A stretch of 64,000 bases of DNA from an uncultured Bacillales bacterium (GCA_946409515.1 CAMJWS010000001.1:1557-65556); one strand, 5' to 3'. Shown: positions 9,801 through 20,028, numbered from the stretch's first letter. Notes: generated by a model from the letters alone, not told the origin. Numbers and translations: made by a program.

Positions 9801-12800
9801 CAAAAGCACTACCATTGATACTGGTAACTGTATTTGGAATTGATACAGTTGTTAACGAAGTACAAGAATCAAATGCACATAAACCAATACTTTGAACATT
9901 ATTTGGGAAAGCAACCGATTGTAAAGAGAGACATCCATAGAAGCAATATCTTGGCAAATCAGTAAATTTGTTCATAAATGAAACCGAAACTACTTGATCG
10001 CAATAAGCAAAGTTACCTCCATAAGAATTAAGAGTAATGTTTTCACCAATGACAATATTCTTTACTCTTACATAGCCAAATGCGGAATGATAAATCGTGC
10101 CATTACCGATTAAATAGAATGTATCCAAGTAAGTTGTTGTTGTTTGACTGCCATGGTTGCCTAGAACTATATTCATTGAATTAAAGCTGTATAAGGTATC
10201 AGGCATACCTGGTTCATAAGTTCCACCAAAATATGGAGCGGATAAATATTTTAATGAGTCGCAGTTTCTAAGTGCATCTTCGCCAATAGAAGTGACGCTA
10301 GCAGGGATAACTAGAGATACTATACTAGAACAGCCTTCAAAACCACTTTCGCCAATAGAAGTGACTGATGTTGGAATAGAAACACTAACAAGGCCAGAAC
10401 AGGCTTCGAAAGCGGAATCGCCAATAGAAGTGACACCATGTGGAATGTTCAAAGCGCTTAAAGAAGCACATCCTTCGAAAGCACTATCGCCAATTGTCTT
10501 TAAACTTGTTGGCATACTGATGTTTCTTAACGCTGGGCAATTCGAAAAAGCGGAATCTTCTATTGCAGTGATGCTATCAGGTAAAACAATAGTTCTTAAC
10601 GATGTGAAACCTTCGAAAGTACCTTGAGAAATCTTTGTTAAATTACCTTCAATGATAATGTTTTCAACATGCTTTGCACTATAGCCATGACCTGGTGCTA
10701 CAATCTCAGTAACATTCTTACCAACAATGATGTTTTTAGCATTGTAATTGCACTTCAAAGCACCACTACCTGTAATGTATAAATATTCTAAATGATATAG
10801 ACGTTCCCAAGGTGTTGGTGAGGTTCCAGATTCATAGAGATAAGTAAATGCACTACAATCAATAGGAATAGATAATGACTTGAGCGCCATACAATAACTA
10901 TTAAATTCATAACCAATAGATGTAACACTAGTTGGAATGACTAAAGTTTCAAGCGAATCACAGCTATAGAAAGCACGTTCACCAACTGTAAGAAGGCCAT
11001 TTGGTAAAAGCACCTCTTTTATATTATCAGCATCTTCAAAAGCACTATTGCCTATTTCTTTTGTCCCACCAATAATTTTGACAGATTTAATATTTTGGCA
11101 TCCAGCGAATGCTTTTTCACCGATTTTTTGATCACCAGTAATAACGATATTAGCTAATGTTGATGGTAGTAATCCATTTTGCACATCAGCGCTATTGGCG
11201 TCAAAGAAGTATCCAATGTAACCGTTATTGCCACTACCATCACCTAAGTATGGAACAACTAAAGTTTCAAGAGGTATTGCTTCTTTAGAATAATCGTATA
11301 AATAAACATCATAATCGGTAAAGTTGGTTTCATATGGATTGTTAAATTTTACCCAAAGATTTTTTCCGGCATACCAATCACCAGTATCGCCAATAAGTTC
11401 GCCATAGCCTGCTTCTTCAACAGTTTCTTCACTTAAGTAGAAGCTGTAATTATATAGTTCATCGTACCACGCATCCCATTCTTCCCAATAAGCATAAATG
11501 ACATACCATACTTGTTCAGGATCGTAATTATACTCAGTAGATGAATCATTTTCGTAAGGATTTATAGTAAGAATAAAGTCGTATTGACGTGGGTCGCCTT
11601 GAAGATCATAAGGGCTTGGATAATCATAGCCGCTCCACACGTGGATAAGTAATCTTACACTATCTTTAGGAACTATTTGCCATTTAACACCACCATCTAA
11701 AGAAGCTAAGATGCCTTGGCCAATTGATGTGACACTATTAGGAATAATAAAGGTTTTTAATCCGATGCAGCCTCTAAAGGCATAATCACCAATTGATAAG
11801 AGGCCTTCGTTAAGCGAAACACTGGTGAGGTTTGAACACTTTTCAAAAGCGCTTTCACCAATTGATTTAACATTTTCAGGTACCGCAAATGTTTTTAAAG
11901 CTAAGCAGCTATCAAACGCATGATTACCAATAGAAGCAATACTATCGTTAAGGGCAATGATTTCAATGCTTGAACAATATGCAAAAGCATAATCACCTAA
12001 GGTTTCACCACCGACGATAACAGCTTTCAAAGTCTCTGGCACTGTATAAATGTTGTCTTCAGGATCATTTGAACCAAATAGAGTTCCAATACTTCCTGCT
12101 AAGGAAGGCAAGACTAAAGATTGAATATTAGAAGTACTATCAAGCTTATAGAGTTCGGTTTCATAAGTATCTTCGTTGTAGTAGTAATAATAATCGCCTA
12201 TAGAATAATCATTAATAGATGGGAAATCTCCATAGCCCATATAGTTATCAATATCACTGTAGTCACTATATTCTTTAATCTTAGTCCAGGTGTCATCGCT
12301 AGTCTTACGATAAAGAGTATAAGTAGTATCAGAATCGAGCCACCAGTCACCAACATCACCATCATATTCAGATGGTTCGGAGGATGATTCAGTAATGCTA
12401 TCCGCTAAAAGAACCCACTGAATTTTTCCAGTAAGGATGCCAAAGCCAATATTAGTGACTGATTCTGGAATAGCAAGCGAAGTAAAGGATACGCATTTTT
12501 CAAAAGCATAATCACCAATTGTGGTAACACTATTTGGAATATTAATGCCTTTCAAGCTTTCACAACCACTGAACGCTCTCGCGCCGATAGCTGTTAATGT
12601 ATCTGGAAGGATGACTGTTTCAATGTGTGAGCAGTTAGCGAATGCACCACTCTTTAATTCAGTCACATTAGAAAGAACAACTGTCTTTAATGATGCAGGA
12701 GCTAAATTATTCCATGAACCATGGCTATGTTTGCTACCAGCAGCGATAAAGCCATAACCAAATGAATTAAATGCATCGGCGATATTGCCTTGTGGTAAGC

Positions 12801-15800
12801 CCCATCTATCGCTACTATTCTTAATCCAGAATGTACCAGTAGTTACGTTGATATAATAGTCTCTTTGAGCGGTTTCATATTGGCTTCTATTAGATGTGCC
12901 ATAATCACAAGAAGCAACACTGCCGTCTTCGTTGGTTAAAATGAGTTGACTAATCCATTCGCCATTAATCTTTCTATAGACTGTAGAAATATTAGCATCA
13001 AGATATAAGTCATTATCGTTACCGATACTATTGGATGGTTTTTGACCACTAGATAATTTGCCAGCGTAAACCCTACTACCAATAACTGTAGCGCTACCAC
13101 CGACGAACGGAAGAGTAATGCTATTAAGATTAGATCTAAATTCGACTAATAAATCACCATCATCTGAATTGATAAATAATTTGCCAGATTCAATAGAAGT
13201 TGGGGAAATGACATCATAGAATAATTCGAAACCGACAATTGTGTCTCTTAATTCCCACTTATTGCCTTCTTCATAACGAACCCAGATTTCACCATAGTGT
13301 TCAGCATCAGTGAATACGATAATATCACCAATTTCACCATCAACTGGTAAATCGTGAGTGCTTGTTACTTGAATAATAGCGTATTCGGTTCTTTCTGGAG
13401 AATATTTATCCCATAAGTTACCTTTTCTTGTTAAACCAGTAGAGAAAGCACCTCTACCAATATCTTTAACAGAATCTGGAATGATAATTGATTCTAGAGA
13501 ATCACAACCAGTGAAAGCAAATTCACTGATGTTTTCTAAACCTTCGTTTAAAACGATATATTTAAGTGAAGTACAACCAAAGAACGCTCTTGTGCCTAAA
13601 TCTTTTAAGTTAGAAGGCATCGCAATAGCTTGTAATGATGTACAGCCTTCAAATGTTTGAACTTCAATTTTTTCTAAGTTTTCTGAAAGAGTGAGATATT
13701 TAAGTGAAATACAGCCTTCAAAAGCCATTCTACCAACAGAAGTAACACTATTTGGCATTACAAATGATTCTAAACCTGTGCAGTGATAGAAAGCTTGGAT
13801 ACCAATTGATTTTAAGTTAGCAGGTAAATTGATAGACTTTAATGATGTACAACCTCTAAATGCTAAATCACCAATCTCTGTAATTGTTTCCGCTAAGGCA
13901 ACAATTTTCAATGATTTGAGATCAGCAAACATTTTATTATTAACTTTAGTAATACCATGTCCTAAATAAACATTTTCCAAAGCATCACAATCTAGGAATA
14001 AGTTATCACCAAATTGTTTATCCACGCCGTCTTGGAAGACGATTGATTTAAGATGGCTATTTTCGCGGAATGCTCTGTCACCAATAAATGTAACAGAAGA
14101 TGGAATTACGAATGTTGAGCAACCTGTGTTCGCTAAAGCACCCGCTTCAATTCTTGTTAATCCTTGAGGAAGGTTGAGTTCAGTTAATTGTGTTGTTTGG
14201 TAGAAGCAAGCTCTTCCTAATACTTTTAGTGTGCTTGGAAGTTTAACTATAGTTAATGTGGTACAGAAATGGAATGCTTCTTGGCCGATTTTTGTAACCC
14301 CTTCAGGAATGACTACACTGATAATTTGGTTGCTAGCAAAAGCGAATTCAGGAATTGTGTCCCTATTAGCACCATTACCACCAGTTAAGATGATAGACTT
14401 AACATTACTATGGCCTTCAAAGAGATAATCTAATGAACCATCAGTTCCAGAAAGAGAATCTCTACTCTTGCCTATGAATGGTAATGTCAATTCAATAACA
14501 TCAGAATCTTTAAATACGCCTTTGCCTAAGTATTCCACACTATTAGGAACAACAAAGGATGTCATTTCGGTATCACCGAAAGCATAATCACTAATTTCTC
14601 TAACGTTATTTGGTAAGACGATATTTTCAGCATCACAACCATAGAAAGCATAGGAAGGAATACAGTCTTTATTATCACCATTAGCGCCAGTCAAAATAAT
14701 AGTGTCTAAATGACTTGGAATTCTGCTACTTTGGTTTTCTTTATTATTAGCGCCAAAAATATAGCCTAAGTAGTAATTGGATTCAGGAGCAGGATTGGCT
14801 AAATTCAAAATACTGCCCGCTCCCAACCAAGAATCACCGTAATAAACATAGATCTCACCAGTTTCATAGTTAAAGAAACGGCCACTACTTGGTAATTCTG
14901 TGCCAATTACAACGGCACCACTAGCAAGAATGTTAAGCGTTTCATCATTCTTATCTTCAGTCAAATCGAGCCATTGACCATTAGTAAACTGCCAATAATG
15001 CTTTGTAGCAAGATCAAAATATGTTGTGGTTGTTGGATTGACTGTATTTGGTTCACCGTTACCATAAGAATAAGTTAATGGAGCAATGTAACCAGAATCT
15101 GGACCAATATATGGAAGTGTGATTGATTTCAAATCATCACATTCTGCAAATGCACCAAAGCCAATTGATGATGGATTACCACTGATAATGATTGTTTCAA
15201 TACCATCGCATCCATTCATTGCATTAGCATCAATTGCATAATCGCCTGTAATTGTTACTGTCTTAAGAGATGATGGAAGAGCGGAATCGTTGTCGTCATA
15301 GCTATCACCGCCGAAGACAAATGATAAATATGTAGCATCAGTTACATAATTTGAAAGAACAGTAGCCATTTGTGGATTATCAACAAGATTCATATAGAAA
15401 TTCCATGTATCATTTTGGTATCCATAGAGATTGCCTGTATCGATATCCATCACAACATCACCGTTATCGGCTGAGCCTGTTGGAGCACCATTAACAAGCA
15501 TGCTTGGTGGAAGATTCATTTCTGTTTTATTCCATACACCATTCGCTTTAGCCCAGATATAACCTGATTCTGTATCTAAATATACATTATTTAAAGGATT
15601 TGTTGTGGTTGGTTCACCTGCGCCATAGCAGTAAGCCCAGCTAACTGAAGCCTCTGCGGAACCACCGATAAATGGAGCGGAATATGATTCTAAGGAATCA
15701 CAATCTTCAAAGGCGCCTTTACCAATTGATTTAATAGTGCTTGGCAAAATAATACCTTTTAAAGAAGAACAGTTAGCAAAAGCACCAGCGCCAATTGCTT

Positions 15801-18800
15801 CTAAGCCTTGAGTTGGGGCTACTTTTCTAAATGTAGAGATACCTGGATTAGCGGCACCTTCTTCAATATAGACATAAACAACGTTAGAACAATCTTTAAA
15901 AGCGTCTTGGCCGATTGATTTGACGTTACTTGGAATAACAACTGATGTTAAACCAGTACAGCCTTCAAACGCGCTGTTTCCGATTGATTTAACGGTATGT
16001 GGAAGAGTGAATGAAGTGATTCCTGTTTGATCTTTGAATACATCATCACCAATACCAATAATTAATTGATCGTTATAGAATTCTGGGATGACGATATCGC
16101 CACTTGTGATAGAGCAAGCTGTAATGATGCCATCTTCGACAACGAATTGTCCCCATCTAGCGGTTAATGTTATGTCTTTTGTCACAACATCTTTAGAGAA
16201 GTCCCAACGTGTGCCCTCACTTGTGTACCAACCTTGGAAGAAATAATCATCTTTAGTTGGGGCTGTTGGATTAACAATGGTAAAGCCTTCTAAAGCTTCT
16301 TCATATGAAGCAACTGCAGTACCACCATCACTATCAAATGTGACTGTATATTTATTAGGGGAATAATGTAAATTACCTTCTGGATTCCAGACTAAATTAC
16401 CTTCACCATCATCAGTTAAAACATAGTAGTTCCATGTATCTAAATCGATATATGAATCGCCTTCAATACCTGCAACAGCAGCAAGAGTTTCATCTTGTGG
16501 AGTGACTGGATCATCTTCAACCGCACGTGGGTCACGGTGTCCTGTCCTCACAGATGTACCGTCTTTACCATTAGTGACTGTGAATGTATCAACATGTGGA
16601 TTTGCGGTTGTGCTATCACTATAAGTGATTTCATAAACATCGATTAAATCGTTAGTTTCTTTTAAAGTTACGCTGACAATGGAAACACCATCTTGACCAG
16701 CATCACCTTTAAATGAGCCTTTATCAGTCCAACCGTCATCGGCTTTAACATAGAGTTTCCATGTTTCGACGTCGATATAGTTATCTCCGACATTAGCTAA
16801 GGTTTCATTTGTTGGTGCACCTGTACCAACAATAATCTTATTTCCATCTTGGCCATTAGTGACTGTAAATGTTGATGTTGTGGTATCAGAGTATGTAATT
16901 GTGTAGGTATCCACTAAGCCTTCAGTGCCTGTTTTGACAACACTTGAAATGGAGACACCATTAGTACCGTTTTGGCCTGCAAAGTTACCTTTATGGACCC
17001 AAACACCATTTTCTTTCGCGTAGTAGTCCCATGTTGTGGTATTGATATATGAATCGCCATTATTACCTAAAGTATTTTCTGGTGCAGTTGTGCCATATCT
17101 TAAAGAAGCACCAATTGCACCACCACCAGCTGGTTCACCCCAGCCAGTATCAGTCATTGTGTAATAATTACCTGTATCTAAATCGATATATGTGTCACCA
17201 ACATTACCTGGAACGTTACCAGTTGTTGGATCACCATGACCAACGTTAACAGAAGCACCTTGTGCGCCTGCTGCGCCATCATCACCTTTAATATTACCAG
17301 CGAGGTTCCATGTACCATTTTCTTTAACATAGAAATCCCAGTTAGCTAAGTTGATGTAGGAATCGCCATTTTTACCTGTTGTAGCAGCTGGTTCACCATT
17401 ACCAGTTAAAACTGATGTAGCGGCAGCGCCTTCACCAATCTTTTCCCAGCCGTTAGTTTCATCGTATGTATAGAGATAGCCTGTATCTAAGTCAATATAG
17501 GTATCACCTTGTTTACCTTCGACACTATTTGTTGTTGGATCACCATGGTTAAGGCTGACAGAAGCACCAGCAGGACCTTGTGGACCTGTAGCGTTAACGC
17601 CAGTATCGGTTTCGCCGACATACCAGTGACCATTTGCACCAATATGTGGAATGGCAAAATTACTTGTGGAGTCTGGTGTGCCCCATTCACCGTTATCGCC
17701 CATGTGATACACGTCGCCTGTACTTAAATCAATATAAGTATCGCCCGCGCTACCTGGAACGTTACCTGTGGTTGGATCACCACTACCAGTGAGGATGGAA
17801 GTACCATCTTGACCAGCTTGACCTTGTGGGCCAGTAGCGGCAACACCGGTATCGGTATCACCAATAAACCAGTTACCATTAGCACCGATATGAGGTAAAG
17901 CAAAATTACTATTGGCTTCTGGAGCGCCCCATTCGCCGTTATCGCCCATGTGATAGATATCACCTGTGCTTAAATCAATATATGTATCGCCAGGATTACC
18001 TGTAGCGCCACTTGTGGTTGGATCACCATTGCCCGCACAAACGGAAGTACCATTATCACCAGCTTGACCAGCAATATTGCCAATCTTGACCCAAGCACCA
18101 CTATCCATGACATAGTAGTCCCAGTTCAATAAGTTAATATATGAATCACCATTTTGTCCTAAGTCAGCGGCAGGGACACCTTCACCAGTGTGTACACTAT
18201 AGCCAGCTTGACCAGTAGGGCCTTGTGGACCTTGAGCGTGAGTGCCTGTATCAACACCATCGACAAACCAGTTACCATTTTCACCAACTGTGATTTCTGG
18301 TGTACGGCCATCTGTGCCTGGAATGCCTTGACCTTGGGCACCGTTTTCACCATTTGTGACCAAGAATGTTGATGTTGTATTGTCAGTGTATGTAATTGTA
18401 TAAACGTCTATTAGGCCTTGAGATTCGGTCTTTTCAACGGAAACAATACCACGGCCTTCTGGACCTTGTGGGCCTTCTGGACCTTGAGGGCCTTGTGGGC
18501 CAACAGCATCTAAATCTGTGACTGTACCGTTAATGACCCATTTACCGTTTTCGATGGTAATTGTTGGAGTAACACCATCCGCGCCAGGGAAACCTTGAGC
18601 GCCAGGTTGACCATCCGAACCATTTGTAACGATGAAGATCGAACTTGTTCCATCTGTGTAATAGATTGTATATTCATCGATTAGACCATATGTGTTAGTC
18701 TTTTCGACTTTATCAATTGATTTTAGAGTCTGGCCCTCTTGACCTTCTCCTCCTGGTATTTGTGAGTTTGGAAGATCTTTTTTAAGAGCATGAACCGCAA

Positions 18801-18885
18801 TTGCTGCGCCCGCTATCGAAAGAGTGAGGGTTGTTGTCGTCACAATAATAGCGATTGTTCTGAATAGTGATGAATGTTTTGCCAT
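6886..18885 (-). CDS. Giant (3999-aa) cell-surface protein: N-terminal signal anchor, collagen-like Gly-X-Y segments alternating with beta-rich modules, a Listeria-Bacteroides repeat, and a very long array of BspA-type leucine-rich repeats.
   Basis: N-terminus MAKHSSLFRTIAIIVTTTTLTLSIAGAAIA. Collagen-like runs include GPQGPQGPEGPQGPEG, GAQGFPGADG and GPQGPTGQAG. Repeated GDTYIDLSTGDIYHMGDNGEWG modules are present. YTVTFDSDGGTAVAS...FQGWYTSEGTRWDFSKDVVTKDITLTARW fits the Flg_new/Listeria-Bacteroides repeat. More than 50 LRR_5-type units occur (e.g. VVIPEGVTKIGQEAFHFCTTLTIVKLPSTLKVLGRACF). Confidence 0.85.
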   Translation of the reverse strand: MAKHSSLFRTIAIIVTTTTLTLSIAGAAIAVHALKKDLPNSQIPGGEGQEGQTLKSIDKVEKTNTYGLIDEYTIYYTDGTSSIFIVTNGSDGQPGAQGFPGADGVTPTITIENGKWVINGTVTDLDAVGPQGPQGPEGPQGPEGRGIVSVEKTESQGLIDVYTITYTDNTTSTFLVTNGENGAQGQGIPGTDGRTPEITVGENGNWFVDGVDTGTHAQGPQGPTGQAGYSVHTGEGVPAADLGQNGDSYINLLNWDYYVMDSGAWVKIGNIAGQAGDNGTSVCAGNGDPTTSGATGNPGDTYIDLSTGDIYHMGDNGEWGAPEANSNFALPHIGANGNWFIGDTDTGVAATGPQGQAGQDGTSILTGSGDPTTGNVPGSAGDTYIDLSTGDVYHMGDNGEWGTPDSTSNFAIPHIGANGHWYVGETDTGVNATGPQGPAGASVSLNHGDPTTNSVEGKQGDTYIDLDTGYLYTYDETNGWEKIGEGAAATSVLTGNGEPAATTGKNGDSYINLANWDFYVKENGTWNLAGNIKGDDGAAGAQGASVNVGHGDPTTGNVPGNVGDTYIDLDTGNYYTMTDTGWGEPAGGGAIGASLRYGTTAPENTLGNNGDSYINTTTWDYYAKENGVWVHKGNFAGQNGTNGVSISSVVKTGTEGLVDTYTITYSDTTTSTFTVTNGQDGNKIIVGTGAPTNETLANVGDNYIDVETWKLYVKADDGWTDKGSFKGDAGQDGVSIVSVTLKETNDLIDVYEITYSDSTTANPHVDTFTVTNGKDGTSVRTGHRDPRAVEDDPVTPQDETLAAVAGIEGDSYIDLDTWNYYVLTDDGEGNLVWNPEGNLHYSPNKYTVTFDSDGGTAVASYEEALEGFTIVNPTAPTKDDYFFQGWYTSEGTRWDFSKDVVTKDITLTARWGQFVVEDGIITACSITSGDIVIPEFYNDQLIIGIGDDVFKDQTGITSFTLPHTVKSIGNSAFEGCTGLTSVVIPSNVKSIGQDAFKDCSNVVYVYIEEGAANPGISTFRKVAPTQGLEAIGAGAFANCSSLKGIILPSTIKSIGKGAFEDCDSLESYSAPFIGGSAEASVSWAYCYGAGEPTTTNPLNNVYLDTESGYIWAKANGVWNKTEMNLPPSMLVNGAPTGSADNGDVVMDIDTGNLYGYQNDTWNFYMNLVDNPQMATVLSNYVTDATYLSFVFGGDSYDDNDSALPSSLKTVTITGDYAIDANAMNGCDGIETIIISGNPSSIGFGAFAECDDLKSITLPYIGPDSGYIAPLTYSYGNGEPNTVNPTTTTYFDLATKHYWQFTNGQWLDLTEDKNDETLNILASGAVVIGTELPSSGRFFNYETGEIYVYYGDSWLGAGSILNLANPAPESNYYLGYIFGANNKENQSSRIPSHLDTIILTGANGDNKDCIPSYAFYGCDAENIVLPNNVREISDYAFGDTEMTSFVVPNSVEYLGKGVFKDSDVIELTLPFIGKSRDSLSGTDGSLDYLFEGHSNVKSIILTGGNGANRDTIPEFAFASNQIISVVIPEGVTKIGQEAFHFCTTLTIVKLPSTLKVLGRACFYQTTQLTELNLPQGLTRIEAGALANTGCSTFVIPSSVTFIGDRAFRENSHLKSIVFQDGVDKQFGDNLFLDCDALENVYLGHGITKVNNKMFADLKSLKIVALAETITEIGDLAFRGCTSLKSINLPANLKSIGIQAFYHCTGLESFVMPNSVTSVGRMAFEGCISLKYLTLSENLEKIEVQTFEGCTSLQAIAMPSNLKDLGTRAFFGCTSLKYIVLNEGLENISEFAFTGCDSLESIIIPDSVKDIGRGAFSTGLTRKGNLWDKYSPERTEYAIIQVTSTHDLPVDGEIGDIIVFTDAEHYGEIWVRYEEGNKWELRDTIVGFELFYDVISPTSIESGKLFINSDDGDLLVEFRSNLNSITLPFVGGSATVIGSRVYAGKLSSGQKPSNSIGNDNDLYLDANISTVYRKINGEWISQLILTNEDGSVASCDYGTSNRSQYETAQRDYYINVTTGTFWIKNSSDRWGLPQGNIADAFNSFGYGFIAAGSKHSHGSWNNLAPASLKTVVLSNVTELKSGAFANCSHIETVILPDTLTAIGARAFSGCESLKGINIPNSVTTIGDYAFEKCVSFTSLAIPESVTNIGFGILTGKIQWVLLADSITESSSEPSEYDGDVGDWWLDSDTTYTLYRKTSDDTWTKIKEYSDYSDIDNYMGYGDFPSINDYSIGDYYYYYNEDTYETELYKLDSTSNIQSLVLPSLAGSIGTLFGSNDPEDNIYTVPETLKAVIVGGETLGDYAFAYCSSIEIIALNDSIASIGNHAFDSCLALKTFAVPENVKSIGESAFEKCSNLTSVSLNEGLLSIGDYAFRGCIGLKTFIIPNSVTSIGQGILASLDGGVKWQIVPKDSVRLLIHVWSGYDYPSPYDLQGDPRQYDFILTINPYENDSSTEYNYDPEQVWYVIYAYWEEWDAWYDELYNYSFYLSEETVEEAGYGELIGDTGDWYAGKNLWVKFNNPYETNFTDYDVYLYDYSKEAIPLETLVVPYLGDGSGNNGYIGYFFDANSADVQNGLLPSTLANIVITGDQKIGEKAFAGCQNIKSVKIIGGTKEIGNSAFEDADNIKEVLLPNGLLTVGERAFYSCDSLETLVIPTSVTSIGYEFNSYCMALKSLSIPIDCSAFTYLYESGTSPTPWERLYHLEYLYITGSGALKCNYNAKNIIVGKNVTEIVAPGHGYSAKHVENIIIEGNLTKISQGTFEGFTSLRTIVLPDSITAIEDSAFSNCPALRNISMPTSLKTIGDSAFEGCASLSALNIPHGVTSIGDSAFEACSGLVSVSIPTSVTSIGESGFEGCSSIVSLVIPASVTSIGEDALRNCDSLKYLSAPYFGGTYEPGMPDTLYSFNSMNIVLGNHGSQTTTTYLDTFYLIGNGTIYHSAFGYVRVKNIVIGENITLNSYGGNFAYCDQVVSVSFMNKFTDLPRYCFYGCLSLQSVAFPNNVQSIGLCAFDSCTSLTTVSIPNTVTSINGSAFANCSALTNISIPNSVVTIGNGAFMNCTSLVSVVIPNSVTSMWGVFNGCSSLTYVMLPNNASFTALNGSMFANCISLKGVVIPEPITTIGAGSFMNCISMESIVLPSGVTEINNQAFKDCTALKNIVLPATLTNLGSETFSGCTALESIVVPNGVEIISTDTFLNCTSLKSAYIPNSVIQIREGAFKGCSSLETLSIPHVGRFNSSNYTNERMFGFIFGFDVHNNESGATYEGDGVYQFTYGQNDYYYFIPASLRNVIITNASESNIVQNSFRNCSMLESVVIDCPNANISIWTFDGCTNLKHMTVPSKALSDKVFKDLFWTGVSPVLESITVVGDDQIYKNTFEGCGSVKTIIFTGSMSTINYRTFWNCASLETVALPQGITAIDNNAFYGCVSLESIVIPDSVTSIGYSAFEGCTSLEYAKLSSTLETIGYNAFKDCGGLKNVVLPSTLTAIPYNAFLNCSSLESIVIPDSVTSIGYSAFEGCTSLKYALLPNNVSFTAIPTAAFKNCSSLEAIAIPNTVTSIGSAAFLGCSSLVSVEVPNSVTEMGQGMLDGCTSLETLSIPFVGRRNYSINDSNPASNTTYCRMNYIFDVDYTKDNTPKIPTSLETIIITGDNYELYEWAFEGCNNVKSVTFAGNIEWLDKSLAGCPSLEYLKLPSTYKYANETDTRSVTISNLFNSSIPLTLKTIVISGGEYIADRTFYYCSNVEEIVLSEGITSIGELAFGNCTSLSSITIPNSVTSIGSRSFYGCSQLEDVVIPNGVAFIGEQAFINCTSFRSIALPTSVTSIGFGAYDGCRNVEKVVLPFIGTNVGIAGSHFGSIFGASTYSTQPYFIPENLTDVTILGGGDIAAHAFDGCANIVNITLPKTGVTTVGDYAFYRCQSLKSILIPKGVTTIGTWAFGYCSSLSTIYLPDTIVTVGVSAIGGTPAAKTVYCEGDEDSASVSAIKARFGAASDYLVYITRFTIPYQN
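17400..18300 (-). repeat. Near-identical ~240-bp tandem coding repeats inside the giant gene.
   Basis: For example 17650-17760 and 17890-18000 share the ...ccccattc(a/g)ccgttatcgcccatgtgata(c/g)a...cttaaatcaatata(a/t)gtatcgcc blocks. Confidence 0.6.
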
Positions 18886-18975
18886 ACTATTTTTGCTATC
18901 TAGCCTTACCCGGACTATATGCTAGATAGAGTGTCTTTCTCCGGGTTTAATATTTACGTGCAAGCACGGGAATGT
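18886..18975 (-). promoter_or_regulatory. Structured 5' leader with nested hairpins overlapping the putative RBS of the giant gene.
   Basis: The mRNA-sense read is ...CCCGGAGAAAGACACUCUAUCUAGCAUAUAGUCCGGGUAAGGCUAGAUAGCAAAAAUAG-AUG. CUAUCUAG pairs with CUAGAUAG, and CCCGGA pairs with UCCGGG, enclosing the GGGUAAGG Shine-Dalgarno-like element. A further CGUGCUUGCACG palindrome lies upstream. Confidence 0.3.
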
Positions 18976-19529
18976 GCAAAGTTGCGAAATCAGTTTCCCA
19001 TAACAAGTGCTAAATAACTGCTAAATTAAGAATAAAAAGAACGTCAAAAACGTACCCCATAGTCCACCATTCATCAGTTATGTATTTTTTCTACACCTTA
19101 ACTATGACACATATTGCCTAGAATTGAAAGACGATGAATAACATTGTCTTATAATCATTACTCATGATATTTCCTATTTAGATTTTATTTATCTTTTCAC
19201 AGTCACAGCAACGATTGAACATGTGGTCTTGTTAAGACAAATCTACACTTACTCATTTCTTTTAAATGGTAAACCTATTCTTTTGGGAATTGTTACACTT
19301 GTCACTTATTGTTTGAAATCGTTAAAAAGACTGCTCTCATCACTCAATATTGGTGATATAATAAAATGTTAAAAAGAAAGCAATAACACGAGATAAGTTT
19401 ATACCCTCGATATATCAAAAGGCCCACGATGGGGCCTTGTTTTTAAAAGATTTATGATGTTTTTGTTTTAACTTTCTATGGCGTACTTACTCGGCAGTTG
19501 AACAACCGATGATTTACGTTAAATTTACT

Positions 19530-19560
19530 AAAAAGGCCCCTTATTCAGGAGCCTTTATTA
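19530..19560 (-). terminator. Rho-independent terminator of rpmF.
   Basis: The minus-strand read is aaaggctcctgaataaggggccttttt: a 6-bp stem with one mismatch, then a T-run. Confidence 0.5.
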
Positions 19561-19581
19561 CATTAAGATTAATCAGCTAGA

Positions 19582-19833
19582 TTACTTTTCTTCAGCTTTT
19601 TTAGCAGCTTTCTTGGCTGGCTTTTTGGCTGGAGCTGGTTTTTCTTCTTTAACGAGTTTACCGTTAACTAAAACGGCTTTACCAGCATAGTAACCACATT
19701 TTGGGCAAACATGGTGAGCTTTGATCATTGCACCACATTGTGGGCATGTGACTAAACCTGTAACGTTTAACTTGAAATGTGTTCTTCTTAATCTTTTTCT
19801 TGTTTTACTAATTCTTCTTTGTGGGACGGCCAT
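19582..19833 (-). CDS. rpmF: 50S ribosomal protein L32 with a Lys/Ala/Pro-rich C-terminal extension.
   Basis: [22 protein letters not shown]...CPQCG...[10 protein letters not shown] is canonical bL32 with its zinc ribbon. It is followed by a [22 protein letters not shown] tail. Confidence 0.85.
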   Translation of the reverse strand: MAVPQRRISKTRKRLRRTHFKLNVTGLVTCPQCGAMIKAHHVCPKCGYYAGKAVLVNGKLVKEEKPAPAKKPAKKAAKKAEEK

Positions 19834-20028
19834 AGTGTCTTCCTCCTTAGCAACGGGAATTAGTATATATAAATAGCACTATTTAGTCAATAGAGTTTTA
19901 GACATCTTCTAAATAAATGTAATTTGTTACGATTACACCTTACTTTTTTATAGTTTATTCTAATAAATACCACTACTTTAGATTCCTTTGGAATCTCCAC
20001 TAATGAATTATGCTACTATTAACAACTT

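Noticed and set aside
7712-18372. A dozen 60-110-aa ORFs on the plus strand, and short minus-strand ones, within 6886-18885.
   Set aside because: All are nested antisense or out of frame within the continuous 3999-aa reading frame. None has independent support.
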